From positions 1-63,544 of the forward strand of contig CAXUUL010000021.1 in assembly GCA_964255285.1 (NCBI GenBank): a stretch of DNA of 63,544 nt, written 5' to 3'. The stretch's first letter is position 1. Every line of letters begins with the position of its first letter. This stretch comes from Ionaspis alba (taxonomy: Eukaryota). Below the pieces are notes generated by a model, which saw only the letters and a list, made by a program, of their open reading frames with translations, had not been told where the DNA came from and made no database searches. This document shows positions 63,070 through 63,544 of the stretch, piece by piece. The position numbers and the translations under genes are program-made.

Positions 63070-63544
63070 GGTTCCGAACGGTGAATTAATGGTATTTGGG
63101 TAAGCGTAGCATTCTTGTGGCTGGGGCAAATGAACCATTCCGCAAGAGCCTAGCTTCCGTGTTCCATGGTTTATGTTGATTAGACCATAACGGAACTATT
63201 TTTCGATCATTCCGATCCTGAATGCACGCACATGCAGTTTTGATATGTAGATCTTTTGACTTGAAGTCGTGATGAGAGCTTTTTTGTGAATTGACAAGAG
63301 GTGAGCTCCCCTTACCTCTTTCTCAGCGCCTCATCTCTTCATGCCTGTATCTGAATGTTATTGGCTGCCTTAGACAAACTAACATGGACTACTAGCGCCG
63401 TTATGTCACCGAGTTGCTCTGGGACACCAGGTTCCACTTTGTCACGTGATTCTAGGTCCGAGCACTTGATGCACTATACACTATGTTTGCAGTTGCAGCT
63501 CAGTGCACGCCCTTAGCGTTGTTATCATCCTCCTCCACTTGAAG

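Noticed and set aside
1..63544. tRNA, rRNA, CRISPR arrays, TPP riboswitch, telomeric repeats, intact transposons, inteins
   Set aside because: By eye I found no cloverleaf or T-loop context, spacer arrays, transposase/RT motifs or intein insertions. A covariance-model scan would be needed to exclude small RNAs.

Overview
Gene-dense, intron-containing eukaryotic DNA from a filamentous ascomycete (Pezizomycotina). The evidence is short GT-AG introns with CTRAC/CTRAY branch sites and fungal-type orthologues; the species cannot be fixed from sequence alone. About 22 protein genes can be modelled by hand-splicing the ORF track: an enoyl-CoA hydratase 3' end, a PPR-like mitochondrial protein, a Rsc58/BRD7-like chromatin protein, a DUF6594 protein, RNase T2, Nup37, two head-to-head Ser/Thr-rich GPI-type surface proteins, Vps41, an RMD1/DUF155 protein, mitochondrial IF2, two orphan proteins (one with a C2HC finger), an HNH-like protein, an HAD dehalogenase, Spt7, a VanZ-like protein, a tyrosine phosphatase, Pol2, a secreted DPBB/expansin-like protein, Cct7 and Ccc1. 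I saw no tRNA, rRNA, CRISPR or intact transposon. The most unusual signals are: (1) three RanBP2-type zinc fingers in the N-terminal extension of mitochondrial IF2; (2) a probably unrecognised Rsc58/BRD7/9-like subunit; (3) a micro-exon, repeat-bearing surface protein pair; (4) a DPBB protein with a non-canonical motif and an aromatic C-terminal extension; (5) very tight same-strand gene spacing at HAD/C2HC/HNH. Readable cis-elements include MCB boxes at POL2 and a CBC/HapX-type motif at CCC1. All splice models are manual inferences.
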